The notes under the pieces: model-generated
The model's input: only the letters and a program-made list of their open reading frames with translations
Database searches by the model: none
Told to the model about the DNA's origin: nothing
Shown here: piece after piece, positions 12,817 to 24,611 of the stretch
How the letters are laid out: every line of letters begins with the position of its first letter
Position numbering within the stretch: position 1 is the stretch's first letter
Source of the DNA: Basidiobolus meristosporus CBS 931.73
Lineage: Eukaryota; Fungi; Basidiobolomycota
Assembly: GCA_002104905.1 (NCBI GenBank)
Contig: MCFE01000664.1
Location: 1 to 48,731, forward strand
Length of the DNA: 48,731 nt
Direction: 5' to 3'
Program-made: the position numbers and the translations under genes

Positions 12817-15160
12817 ATGCCGCCAAAAAATAAAGCAAAGTTGTCTGGTTCTCAACCAAACCCCACCACTGACAGCAACAGAAGAATGGTTGTACAACAG
12901 CTTGCTTTGACATTCAGTGTAACAAGCGGGGCTACATCCAAAAAAGGCACTGTGGACAGTGTGCCCATTGAAGGTAATAATGCAGACTCCACAGGCTCTC
13001 AGTCAAGTAGGCAATTGAGAACCTCTGTGGAGCCACAAGCTGACTGTTATGCTCAGGCAGATGAGAATGTAGCAAATGCAGTACCCTCAGTTGAAGATCA
13101 GCAAGTGGCCATGATAACATCACCACCACCCGTATTAGCAAGTATGTTGTCAGCTTGTACCAAGGCATTAATGACACAATTAGATGCAGTGGCTGATAGG
13201 ATAGATGTAATGGCCCAGAGAAATCAGGAAGTAGTCCAGAAACAGGATGAGCTGATAATATGTGTAGAGGAATCAGTATCCCAGGTAGAGAAAGCAGTAT
13301 CTTTGCTGCAAAGAAGGAACTCAAGTAGCTCAATGTCACAGCCAAAAATTGAGCCATTTCCCAATGTAACAGCAGAGGAATACCGTACAGTCTTTGAAGC
13401 ACAACAACAGTGCCTAAAAATAAGGCCCACTGAAAAACCTATCACAGCGTGGGAGGGAGACAATGTGGTGTTTATACCAAAGCCTAAAAATCAAAAGACA
13501 CTGAAGATCTGTGAAGCCATTGAGTGCAATAATGAAGAGTGGGCTAATACAAGAGGCCATTTGAAGTCTAGCATGCCGTCACCTTAAGGCTGGCATTCCA
13601 TGGGACCCTCTGGAGCTCAAAACCAAGCAGAATGCACTTGACGTGTTCCATGAGCATTATCCTGGATTCAAACGGGCAAACAGATTTTAGGCCAGCATTG
13701 CTATGCTAAGAAAGTATCTTAAGAATAGCAGAAACTATTAAAGGCAGAAGAACAAGGGTGCCATGGTTAAAAACCAGTGGCTTCCTCAAGAGCCTGTTAC
13801 AAACAGGGCCAAAAGGTCCAGACAAGCAACAAAGAGATGTCAGGTAGCTGGAAGAGTGCCATTAGGACAAGCAGGCAGATATGGATGTACCAGCACAATA
13901 TTTAGCAAGGAAAAAGCGTAGTACCACTCAAGAAACACCCAGTCAAAGCAGCAGTGAAGGACCTGGCAGTGATAAAAACCAGCTACTTTACAGGAGCCTG
14001 TCACAACTCTGGTTGAGAGCTCAAAACATGCAGAAAAGAAACATCAGGTTGCCAGAAGTGTGCCAGCAAGGGACAAGTAGGCCCAAACAGATGCGTCAGA
14101 GCAGACTTTATCCAGGAGAAAATGTAGTTCTTTACAAGAAGCACTTAGACTTAGTAGCAGTGACAGATCTGGCAGTGATAAAGGAAAAGGTACAAGGAAA
14201 GATGTCTACCCAAGCCTGAGACAGGGAGGCATTCAAAAAAGACTGCAGTTCTTGCCAATTAACACTGCAAGCCAGGAACAGACTGAATCCCATCATAGCC
14301 AAGAAGAATTACTAACAAGAAAACAGCTGCTTTCACAAGAGTTGGAAGCACAGCCAGTTGAGCTACACTCCAGCAAGGTAGATGAGTTTGCTGAAAAAGA
14401 CAATTTGTCTACCACAGCCTCCATTGTTGACAGAGTGGAGATCCCACTGAAAGACAAGGCTACAACGCCAAGAGCTCAAAAGTCTATCACAATGCCTTCA
14501 GTGGAGTTTTGGAACATTAATAGGCACACCAAGAGGTTGTAGCACTTCTTCAAGAGCAGTGCCCAAGAAAATGCACTGGAATATTGCAAGGATTTATTGC
14601 AAAGACTGGCAGATGAGGAGCTAGACCTTGCAGTGTTGGCTGAATACCAGGATGTGTGGGAACCAGTGAATGAACAGTAGCATAAAGCCATTGTGTTCCC
14701 GCCAAAATGTGGAACCAGAGTGTTACAGCAGAAATACTTATTGAGTGGTGGATTTTAATGGAGTTACTTGTTGAGTGTGGGGTTGGGCTTAATGTTAGAG
14801 TAGGGTATAGAGACTTGTATAGGTTAATACAGTTGGCAATTGAGGTATAACTGAAGTTTCAACGGAAATAAATCAATTCATATGCATGAAAAGTAAGAGA
14901 AATGGTTGAGTCAGGGAGTATGAAGTGTGAAAAAGAGGCAATAGCCAATCAATTTGCAAAAATGTAGGAGACAATAGAGTGTCCAGGATCAGAAAGTGAG
15001 CAAATTGGCAGGGAACCAATCAAAAGCCACTTGCACATTGTTGTGATGAAAAATTTTGACAAAGTTTTTTGTGAAATCTGGAATGCAATTATTCTTCAAC
15101 AGTCTCTGGCAGTTGTCCTGACAAGATCAGTACCTCTTAGTCACGGGACATTAACTTTAT
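12817..15160 (+). pseudogene. Accessory gene of the CACTA-like element (unknown family; predicted coiled coil, Ser/Gln/Lys-rich repeats), degenerate after codon ~256
   Basis: ORF 12817-13587 (256 aa). Protein-like + strand reading continues to ~15160 (e.g. EYCKDLLQRLADEELDLAVLAEYQDVWEPVNEQ), with stops mostly explainable as CAA/CAG/CGA>TAA/TAG/TGA. Homologs at 140-700, 731-2173 and 4510-6500. Confidence 0.6.
13771..14182 (+). repeat. Degenerate tandem duplication (2 x ~206-207 bp, ~69 codons) inside the accessory gene
   Basis: Both units start aaccag.. and end ..gcagtga..ctggcagtgataaa. Also present in the copies at ~1550-1900 and ~4590-5010. Confidence 0.7.
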
Positions 15161-15799
15161 GATGGCCTTTTGACGGGATCATCTCAATAATTTTTCATAG
15201 GGATTCAATATGCAGTTCACATAAACAAAAGCCAGAGCACACCTATAAGGGGGACTAGAATCCAGCAGGGAGAAGGAATATATTGGCTAAATACAAAGAA
15301 GCTCTTTGCGGATATTTGGGAGGTATTTATGGCAGAAGTGGCATAAACCAAGCATATGTTTGCAAGATGTATATGTTACCAGCAGTGCAAGGTATATGAC
15401 AACTTTGCAAGTATCACACTAAAAAGTTGTAAAGTTCAGGTGATAGAAGTATGTCAACTGCAGAAGGTGTGTGCATTTGTAGAGGTTAGTAAGCAGGAGG
15501 CCATATTTTTTTATTCTAACTATATGTGGAATACCCAAGGTAGTAGTGGGTAAGCAAATAAAGAGGGGTGATTCTATGGTAGAATATATGAATTGCACAA
15601 GGGGAGGTAGAAAAAGGAAATAACATTTGGTAAATTGGTACAGTAGCATTATACAGAACCAGCGGTAGGCCACCATATTGCCAATATAATGCCATCAGAG
15701 TCTTGCTGTGAGGCTGTCAAAATAGAGTCAAGTTTCTTGACATTTAAGGCAATTAGATGTCATGGCCAACTGGAACCACTTAAAATAGTTATAGAGCAC

Positions 15800-16547
15800 T
15801 GTGGTGGTGTAGAGGTACTCCGGGGAGAAGCTACACAACTCAAGGTGTGTGAGGTGTCTGATGAGTGCAATAACCTCTGGGTCTAAGCTTCTGGTGTCTT
15901 TGTCAATATGTCACTATGGTAAGCTCCTGCTCCAAGTGTCTCCAAAGGCCTCTGTGTGTCTTGTGCACTACCCTGAAAAGCTCCTTGATGGCAGGTCTGA
16001 GATGTACTGTTGAAGGCAGGTGCAGTGATCAACTGCTAGTTAAGAAGGAAGAAGTGTTACTGATAGAAGGGATGATTTATTAATGAGGGATTGCTTTCAC
16101 TTAAACACTTTTCCTGATTGCCAAGAGATTACTAATGACAAGGTTCTGGAAGATTCTTGGCATCAGTGGAATTCTTGATGACATCACTATGTGCTAAAAA
16201 TATGCCAAGAATGTCCTGGAAGGTTCTAAAAGGCACAGCATATCCAACTAATCAGGGATCAGTAGTCTGAAACCTGCATAACATAGAAATACCATATATG
16301 GTATTGAGATGGTAGGGATGGTAACACAGACCTAGGTCATGTGTCAAGGGTCCTGATGCAGGTACTTGCCTTATGTAGATACATATACTGATCACAAAGC
16401 TGAATAACATCTGGGATAACTAATGTTAATAACTAATTAGGGTAAACATCATATGGGGATAATACTGATAAGATAAAATATGGATAAGTATATCATAATG
16501 GCAATATGAATAAACTTGTCTGTGGGAGGTATGTTTACCCTACCACA
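15800..16547. mobile_element. Solo LTR (748 bp) with 4-bp TSD GCAC
   Basis: TGTGGT...ACCACA ends. GCAC at 15796-15799 and 16548-16551. Absent from the homologous subterminal region of copy B (~9650-9680). Confidence 0.82.
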
Positions 16548-16783
16548 GCACTACAAGACTGCAACAATACCGTGCAAATATTGTCACAGCACTAATAAAA
16601 TACTGTCTGATTTTATCCCTTTATTTGGCTGTAAAATTAGCAAAACATTGTCATGATCCTGTTATAAGATTGTTAGGAAGGTCACTAATTCCAAGCTGCT
16701 GGTATTATAATAGTCTCTAAACAGGATCCTAATGGCTGACCTGGATTGGATCCACCCGCAGGATCAAATTATTTTTCATAGGG

Positions 16784-17363
16784 CATGAAATTGCTCCTTT
16801 ACAGTAAAGAAAAGGTGTATCCTGTGGTGGATCTTCTGTCTTACAGATTTTGTCCCCAATCAGCATCAGAGTATCCCACAAAATCCTGTTCTGAATCCTT
16901 ATAAGTGTTTCTTAAGCAGATATCAGCAGTTCTTTTTAGGTATCTAAAAATCTGCTTAACTGCTGCAATATGATCTGATCCATAGTTCTGATTATGCTGG
17001 CTGACAACTTCCACCAAATATGAGATATCTGGACATGCTCCAAGCATAATATACATCAGACTGCCGACTATAGATTGCTAAGGAAAGTCATGGCTTTCAG
17101 ATGGCACCAAGCTCTCTTGATATGGTTTAGTTTTGACCAAGTTAAGGTTTGTCTCCATTGGGGTAGCTGCCGGTTTACAGTCTTCCATTTGGTACTTCTT
17201 TAGTATATCTTAAATATACCTAGATTGGCTTAGGGTCATAGTCTTGGTACTTCTGTCTATGGGGAACTTTATCCCTAAGTAGTAACTGAGTTCTCTTAGA
17301 TTAGACATTTTGAACTCCTTAGATAGGCTGGATTTAGTCTCTTCCAATGTTTTTAGGTTATTG
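16784..17363 (-). mobile_element. Copia family 1 fragment c1 (RT/RNase H)
   Basis: ORF 16841-17056 (PDISY..YSDADWG) is homologous to 31430-31980 and carries several stops. Confidence 0.88.
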
Positions 17364-19023
17364 TGTTGTAAAGATTTGTATTTCCACCTAAATATTCACC
17401 TAACTTAGTCACTTAGATCATTACCTCCATATCCTAGAGAATACTGACCAAATTCCTTGTTGGGATTTACTTACAATATTCTCACCAAAATACCAGGTAC
17501 CCAGAACATGAAAATTCTCAAAGTTGTCCAAACAGCCCCAAACTCTGCACACATGTTCTTGGGATCTTCCATAATCTATTATATGTGTATTTTATGCCAA
17601 GACCATGTAAAAGTATAAATGCTACTTTTACATTCAATAAATCATTAAGTGAGAACCACATAATCTACTTGTTCTCCCAATCACTTCCAATATCTCAAAG
17701 ACTCTTACAACAGGTTATGAGCTCCAAGCTGTCACTCTCTGCAATGTCTATTACTGCTATTACTGGAATTTTTCCCTCTGCTGAAAAGTTGGATGGATCT
17801 AACTACCAAGTGTGGAAGGTGAAGATGAAGATGCTGATACAAGAAAGAGGCCTTTGGGATATTGCCATGGGAGAAGAATGCCCTACTAAAAACGTGGGAG
17901 AGGAAGCCTTAAAATACCAGAAGAAAGAACAAAGTGCCTTCAATTGCATTTGCATCAATGTTAAAGGCAAATTGCTAATTCAATGCTCAAGAGCAAAAGC
18001 GGCAAAGAATGCCTAGAAGGCATTAGAAGACACCTACCAGTCATGTGCAGCTACTAAGAAAATGTATCAGAGACAAAAATTCTTTACTACAAAGATGCTG
18101 CCAGGAGAAGAAATGAAAAATCTATTTAACAGAATTACCCTGCTAGTAGATGAGATGGAATCTGTGGGCATACCAACTGCTGATGAGGATGTGATAGTTA
18201 CCATCCTGAATAGCCTGACAGACAAGTTTCAGGGCCTTGTATCAGCCCTAGAGTCTGGAACTGAAGATTTGACCTTAAATTATGTATATGGAAGGCTCCT
18301 GGATGAAGAATTAAGAAAATCAAGCGCAAATAAGAAGGAAGAAGAAAATGCTTTAATAAGCAATGAGAACCACCAAAGGAGGTACCCAAGACCCTACAAA
18401 GGCAACAGCAACCTGTTTTGTAGCTACTGCAAAAGGAAAGGACACACATCAGACTGGTGTCTCAAAGAGAAAGATAATCAGCAAAAGAAGCCTTAATATG
18501 GAAATGCTGCAACAACTGAAGATAGACTATTCATATCTGCACTAAATATGACCACAAACAAGGATTCTCTCACATGGTATATTGACTCTGGAGCATCTCA
18601 ACACTTTACACACCAAAAAGAACTTTTTACCCAATATCAAGAAATTCCAATTATGAAGGTTTTCATGGGTTACAATAGAACATTGATGCAGTGGGAGAGG
18701 GAACATTCCAAGTAAACCTAAGAAGCAGTGAAGGAAGCCATACACTGACCTTCAAAGAAGTACTCTATGTACCAGAAATAGCCAAGAACCCACTATCTGT
18801 AAGCAAGGCCACTACCAAAGGACTCAGTTTCAGCTTTGACAATGCTGGATGCAAGATTGCTGATCAAAATGGCACCCATAATGCTTTGGGTATCAGAGAT
18901 CAGAATCCATATAAGTTGACTTATATTCTATCATATTTGGAAGCCAGTATAAGTAACTTAAATGAAGAAACACCAATGCTTTGGCACAGGAGATTTGGGC
19001 ACATCAATTTTGATTATTTGCGC
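17364..19023 (+). mobile_element. Copia family 1 copy c2, 5' part: LTR 17364-17712, PBS, gag, protease, start of integrase
   Basis: TGTTGTAA..TTACAACA LTR, PBS ggttatgagctc, zinc knuckle CSYCKRKGHTSDWC, DSGAS, LWHRRFGH. Ends abruptly at ...tttgcgc. Confidence 0.9.
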
Positions 19024-22000
19024 TAAGTTATTCTCCATAGCTTCATGTATGAAATGATATCTAATATCTAAGTGCTTGGTTCTAGCATGAAAAGTTGGAT
19101 TTCTACCTAATTGTATACATCCTTGATTATCTTGAAATAAAGTAATAGGTGTTTTTTGACATAGGCCTAACTCTGTAGACAGCTTTCTTAACCACATTGC
19201 TTCTTTTGTAGCTTCACAGGCTGCCATATACTCTGCCTCTGTGGTGGAAAGTGCTACAATTGGTTGTTTTCTTGAATTCCATGAAATTGCTCCTTTGCAG
19301 TAAAGAAAGGTGTATCCTGTGGTGGATCTTCTGTCTTCTAAATTTTGTCCCCAATCTGCATCAGAGTATCCCACAAGATCTTGTTCTGAGTCCTTATAAG
19401 TGTATCTTAAGCAAATATCAGCAGTTCCTTTTAGGTATCTAAAAATCCACTTAACTGCTGGAATATGATCAGATCCATAGTTCTGATTATGTTGGCTGAC
19501 AACTCCCACTGAATATGAGATATCTGGACATATTCCAAGCATGATATACATCTGACTGCCAACCATAGATTGATAAGGAAAATAAGGGCTTTCAGATGGC
19601 ACCAAGCTCTCTTGATTTGGTTGAGTTTTGACCAAGTTAAGGTTTGTCTCCATTGGGGTAGCTGCCGGTTTACAGTCTTCCATTTGGTACTTCTTTAGTA
19701 TATCTTGGATATACTTGGACTGGCTTAGGGTGATAGTCTGGGTACTTCTGTCTATGGAGAACTTAATCCCTAAGTAGTAACTAAGTTCTCCTAGGCCGGA
19801 CATCTTGAGCTCCTTAGATAGGCTGGATTTAGTTTCTTCCAATGTTTCTAGGTTATTGGCGGCTAAAATAATATCATCCACATATAGAGCTAATAGAACT
19901 GGATTTGCTCTATCTGGCTTATAGTATATAGTATAGTCAGCATTACTTCTTTTGAAACTCAAAGATTCCAAATAAGAATCTATCTTGCAATTCCAGGCTC
20001 TTGGTGATTGTTTGAGACCACATAGTGACTTTTTAAGCTTGCAGAACAAATGGGGGTTATTGTGGTCAACAAACCCATCAGGCTGGTCCATATACACATC
20101 TTCATCAAGTTCTCCATTCAAAAATGCAGTTTTTACATCCATTTGATGAATAAAAAACTTATATTTGGCTGCAATAGCCAATATTAATTGGATGGAGTTA
20201 AACTTGGCTACCGGTGCCAAGGTCTCAGTATAGTCAAGTCCTTTTGTTTGAGAGTAGCCTTTGGCTACAAGTCTTGCTTTGTATCTTTCAATTGTACCAT
20301 CAGCTTTGTATTTTGTCTTGAAGACCCATCTGCATCCAATTGATTTTTGGTTGATTGGTAATTTGACTAAGTCCCAGGTTTGATTTTCCATCAGTGCCTG
20401 ATATTCCTCAGTCATTGCAGATCTCCAAAACTTTGTCTGAGGGCTATTTAGGGCCTCTTTTACAGTCTGGGGTTCATCAATATGGACTGAATAGGCATAG
20501 GCTAAGTTTGTACCCTCATTGATATAGTAATTTGGGCTATTTCTTGTCTGATTGGATATCCGGGCATTTGATACTGGAATGATCACTTCTGGGATATTCC
20601 TGGGCACTGATTCTGGCTGAACCACGGTTGTAGAGTCCTCTGGAGTGAAAAAATTTCATTGTTTTGCTCTGATTCAATCCTGACAATTGGTGGACTTGAG
20701 ATCAAATTTTGATCATCATCTGATGTCATTTTTTGTGAAAAAATTTTGAATTTTCATCAAGCAACACATCCCTGGACTTGATCAGCTTCTTTGCTTTGGT
20801 ATTGTAGAGTCTGTATGCCTTACTCCCATTGCAGTAGCCCAAAAATATGCATTTTACACTTTTTGTCTCAAATTTTGACTGATTTCTGGCCAGTTTTTTG
20901 GCATATGCTGTACACCCAAATATTCTTAGATGTTCTGCACTTGGTCTGTATCCATACCATGCTTCAAATGGAGTAGAATCACGAAGTATTCTGTTATAAC
21001 TCCTATTTTTAAGATATACAGCAGTGGCAACTGATTCCGCCCAAAAATCATAGGATAATTTTTGATCATGGATCATAGATCTTGCCATATCAGTTATTGC
21101 TCTGTTAGCTTGTTCTGCTACTCCATTTTGCTGTGGGGAGTATGGTACAGTAGTCTCTTGCTTTATCCCATGAATTTTGCAGAAGTGGATGAAGAGTTTT
21201 GAGGTATATTCTCCACCATTGTCAGAGCGTATTTTCTTGATTTTTTCACCAGTTTCTCTCTCCACCATGGCTTTAAACTCCCTGAACTTAGATAGAGCTT
21301 CTTCCTTTCTCTCCATGAAGTAGACCCATTTATATCTTGTATAATCATCAATAAAAGTGATTAAATACCTCATCCCACCTAAGGATAAATTATGCATAGG
21401 TCCACACAGATCTGAGTGAATTAGATCTAATTTTTTCTTAGTTTTGATTAACCCAGAGCTCTTGAACGGTTGTCTGGCTTGTTTCCCATATATGCAGGCT
21501 TCACAGTGCTCCAAATTAGCTGGGGGATCAATTTCCACTCCAGAAATTAGCTGATCTTTGATCATTTTGCGCAAATAATCAAAATTGATGTGCCCAAATC
21601 TCCTGTGCCAAAGCATTGGTGTTTCTTCATTTAAGTTACTTATATTGGCTTCCAGATATGATGGAATATAAGTCAACTTGTATAGATTCTGATCTCTGAT
21701 GCCCAAAGCAATATGAGCACCATTTTGATCAGTGATCCTGCATCCAGAATTGTCAAAACTGAAACTGAGTCCTTCTGCTGTGGCCTTGCTTACAGAGAGT
21801 AGGTTCTTGGCTATTTCTGGTACATAGAGTACTTCTTTGAAGGTCAGTGTATGGCTTCCTTCACTGCTTCTAAGGTTTACTTGGATAGTTCCTTCTCCCA
21901 CTGCATCAAGTGTTCTATTATCACCCATGAAAACCTTCTTAATTGGAATTTCTTGATATTGGGTAAAAAGTTCTTTTTGGTGTGTAAAGTGTTGAGATGC

Positions 22001-23229
22001 TCCAGAGTCAATATACCATGTGTGAGAATCCTTGTTTGTGGTCATATTTAGTGCAGATATGAATAGCCTATCTTCAGTTGTTGCAGCATTTCCATATTCC
22101 GGCTTCTTTTGCTGATAATCTCTCTTGTTGAAACACCGGTCTGATGTGTGTCCTTTCCTTTTGCAGTAGTTGCAAAATAGGTTGCTGTTGCCTTTGTAGG
22201 GTCTTGGGTACCTCCTTTGTTGGTTATCATTGCTTATTAAAGCATTTTCTTCTTCCTTCTTATTGGCGCTTGATTTTCTTAATTCTTCAACCAGGAGCCT
22301 TCCATATAGGTAATTTAAGGTCAAATCTTCAGTTCTGGACTCTAGGGCTGATACAAGGCCCTGAAACATGTCTGTCAGGCTATTCAGGATGGTAACTATC
22401 ACATCCTCATCAGTAGTTGGTACGCCCACAGATTCCATCTCATCTACCAGCAGGGTAATTCTGTTAATTAGATTTTTCATTTCTTCTCCTGGCAGCATCT
22501 TTGTAGTAAAGAATTTTCTTCTCAGATACATTTTCTTGGCAGCTGAACATGACTGGTAGGTGTCTTCTAATGCCTTCCAGGCATTCTTTGTCATTTTTGC
22601 TCTTGAGCATTGAATTAGCAATTTGTCCTTGACATTAAGGCAAATGCAGTTAAAGGCACTTTGTTCTTTCTTCTGGCACTTTAAGGCTTCCTCTCCCACG
22701 TTCTTAGGAGGGCATTCTTCTCCCATGACAATATCCCAAAGGCCTCTTTCTTGTAGCAGCATCTTCATCTTCACCTTCCACACTTAGTAGTTAGATCCAT
22801 CCGACTTTTCAGTAGAGGGAAAAATTCCAGAAATAGCAGTAATAGACATTGCAGAGAGTAACAGCCTGGGAATCATAACCTGTTGTAGGAGTCTTGGAGA
22901 TATTGGAAGTGATTGGGAGAACAAGTAGATTATGTGGTTTTCACTTAATGATTTATTGAATGTAAAAGTGGTATTTATACTTTTACCTGGTCTTGGCATT
23001 ACAAACACGTAAAATAGGTTAAGGAAGGTCCCAAGAGCATGTGTGCAAAGTTTGGGGCTGTTTGGACAACTTTTAGAATTATCATGTTCTAGGTACCTGG
23101 TATTTTGGTGAAATATTCTAAGTAAATCCCGACAAGGAATTTGGTCAGTATTCTCTAGGATTTGAAAGGTGATGATCTAAGTGACTAAGTTAGGTGAATA
23201 TTTAGGTGGAAATACGAATTTTTACAACA
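19024..23229 (-). mobile_element. Copia family 1 copy c3: near full-length, 5' LTR 22881-23229, 3' end and 3' LTR missing
   Basis: ORFs 20726-22783 (gag-PR-IN) and 18958-20625 (RT-RH), with a nonsense change at ~22785 and indels near 20640-20730. Confidence 0.92.
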
Positions 23230-24611
23230 CAAATTACTATATCAATGAGGGTACAAACTTAGCCTATGCCTATTCACTCCATATTGATGAACCCCAGACT
23301 GTAAAAGAGGCCCTAAATAGCCCTCAGACAAAGTTTTGGAGATCTGCAATGACTGAGGAATATCAGGCCCTGATGGAAAATCAAACTTGGGACTTAGTCA
23401 TATTACCAATCAACCAAAAATCAAATGGATGCAGATGGGTCTTCAAGATAAAATACAAGGCTGATGGTTCAATTGAATCATAGAAAGCAAGACTTGTAGC
23501 CAAAGGATACTCTAAAACAAAAGGACTTGACTATACTGAGACCTTTGCACCAGTAGCCAAGTTTAATTCCATCAGATTAATATTGGCTATTGTAGGCAAA
23601 TATAAGTTTTTTATTCATCAAATGGATGTAAAAACTGCATTTTTGAATGGAGAACTTGATGAGGACGTGTATATGGACCAGCCTGATGGGTTTGTTAACC
23701 AAGATAACCCACATTTGGTCTGCAAGCTTAAAAAGTCACTATATGGTCTCAAACATTCACCAAGAGCCTGGAATTGCAAGATAGATTCTTATCTGGAATC
23801 TTTGAGTTTCAAAAGGAGTAATGCTGACTATAGTATATACTATAAGCCAGATAGAGAAAATCCAGTTCTATTAGCTCTATATGTGGATGATCTTATTTTA
23901 GCCGCCACTAACCTAGAAACATTGGAAGAGACTAAATCCAGCCTATCTAAGGAGTTCAAGATGTCCGGCCTAGGAGAACTTAGTTACTATTTAGGGATTA
24001 AGTTCTCCATAGACAGAGGTACCCAGACTATCACCTTAGGCCAATCCAAGTATATTCAAGATATACTAAAGAAGTACCAAATGGAAGACTGTAAACTGGC
24101 AGCTACCCCAATGGAGACAAACCTTAAATTGGCCAAAACTCAACCAAATCAAGAGAGCTTGGTGCCATCTGAAAGCCCTGACTTTCCTTATCAATCTATG
24201 GTCAGCAGTCTGATGTATATCATGCTTGGAACATGTGCAGATATCTCATATTCAGTGGGAGTTGTCAGCTAACATAATCAGAACTATAGATCTGATCATA
24301 TTGCAGCAGTTAAGCGGATTTTTAGATACCTAAAAGGAACTGCTGATATCTGCTTAAGAAACACTTATAAGGATTCAGAACAGGATCTTGTGAGATACTC
24401 TGATGCTGATTGGGGACAAAATTTGGAAGACAGAAGATTTACCACAGGATACACCTTTTGTTACTGCAAAGGAGCAATTTCATGGAACTAAAGAAAGCAA
24501 CCAACTGTAGCACTGTCTACCACAGAGGCAGAGTGTATGGCAGCCTGTGAAGCTACAAAAGAAGCAATGTGGTTAAGAAAGCTTTCTACAGATTTAGGCC
24601 TATGTCAAAAA
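23230..24611 (+). mobile_element. Copia family 1 RT/RNase H segment (probably the 3' part of c2)
   Basis: Resumes at caaattactatatc (PNYYINEG). ORFs 23181-23483 and 23583-24272 (MDVKTAFLNG, YVDD). Cut at 24611 by the LTR of c4. Confidence 0.88.

Larger units (their letters stand above)
9429..15202 (-). mobile_element. Complete CACTA/EnSpm-like DNA transposon, copy B (5,774 bp)
   Basis: TIRs CCCTATGAAAAAT (13 bp perfect, then 1 mismatch, then ATT). 3-bp TSD ATT at 9426-9428 and 15203-15205. The empty site acaccattcaatatg is reconstructable from the homologous transposase sequence at ~10250-10265. Confidence 0.92.
4510..16783 (+). mobile_element. CACTA-like copy A (left end truncated). Host of copy B and three solo LTRs; own sequence is 4510-9428 plus 15203-16783
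   Basis: Accessory gene on - (4510-6500) and transposase on + (7091 onward). The transposase resumes exactly at 15203 after copy B. The right TIR aaattatttttcataggg (16766-16783) is the exact reverse complement of copy B's left end. Confidence 0.88.
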
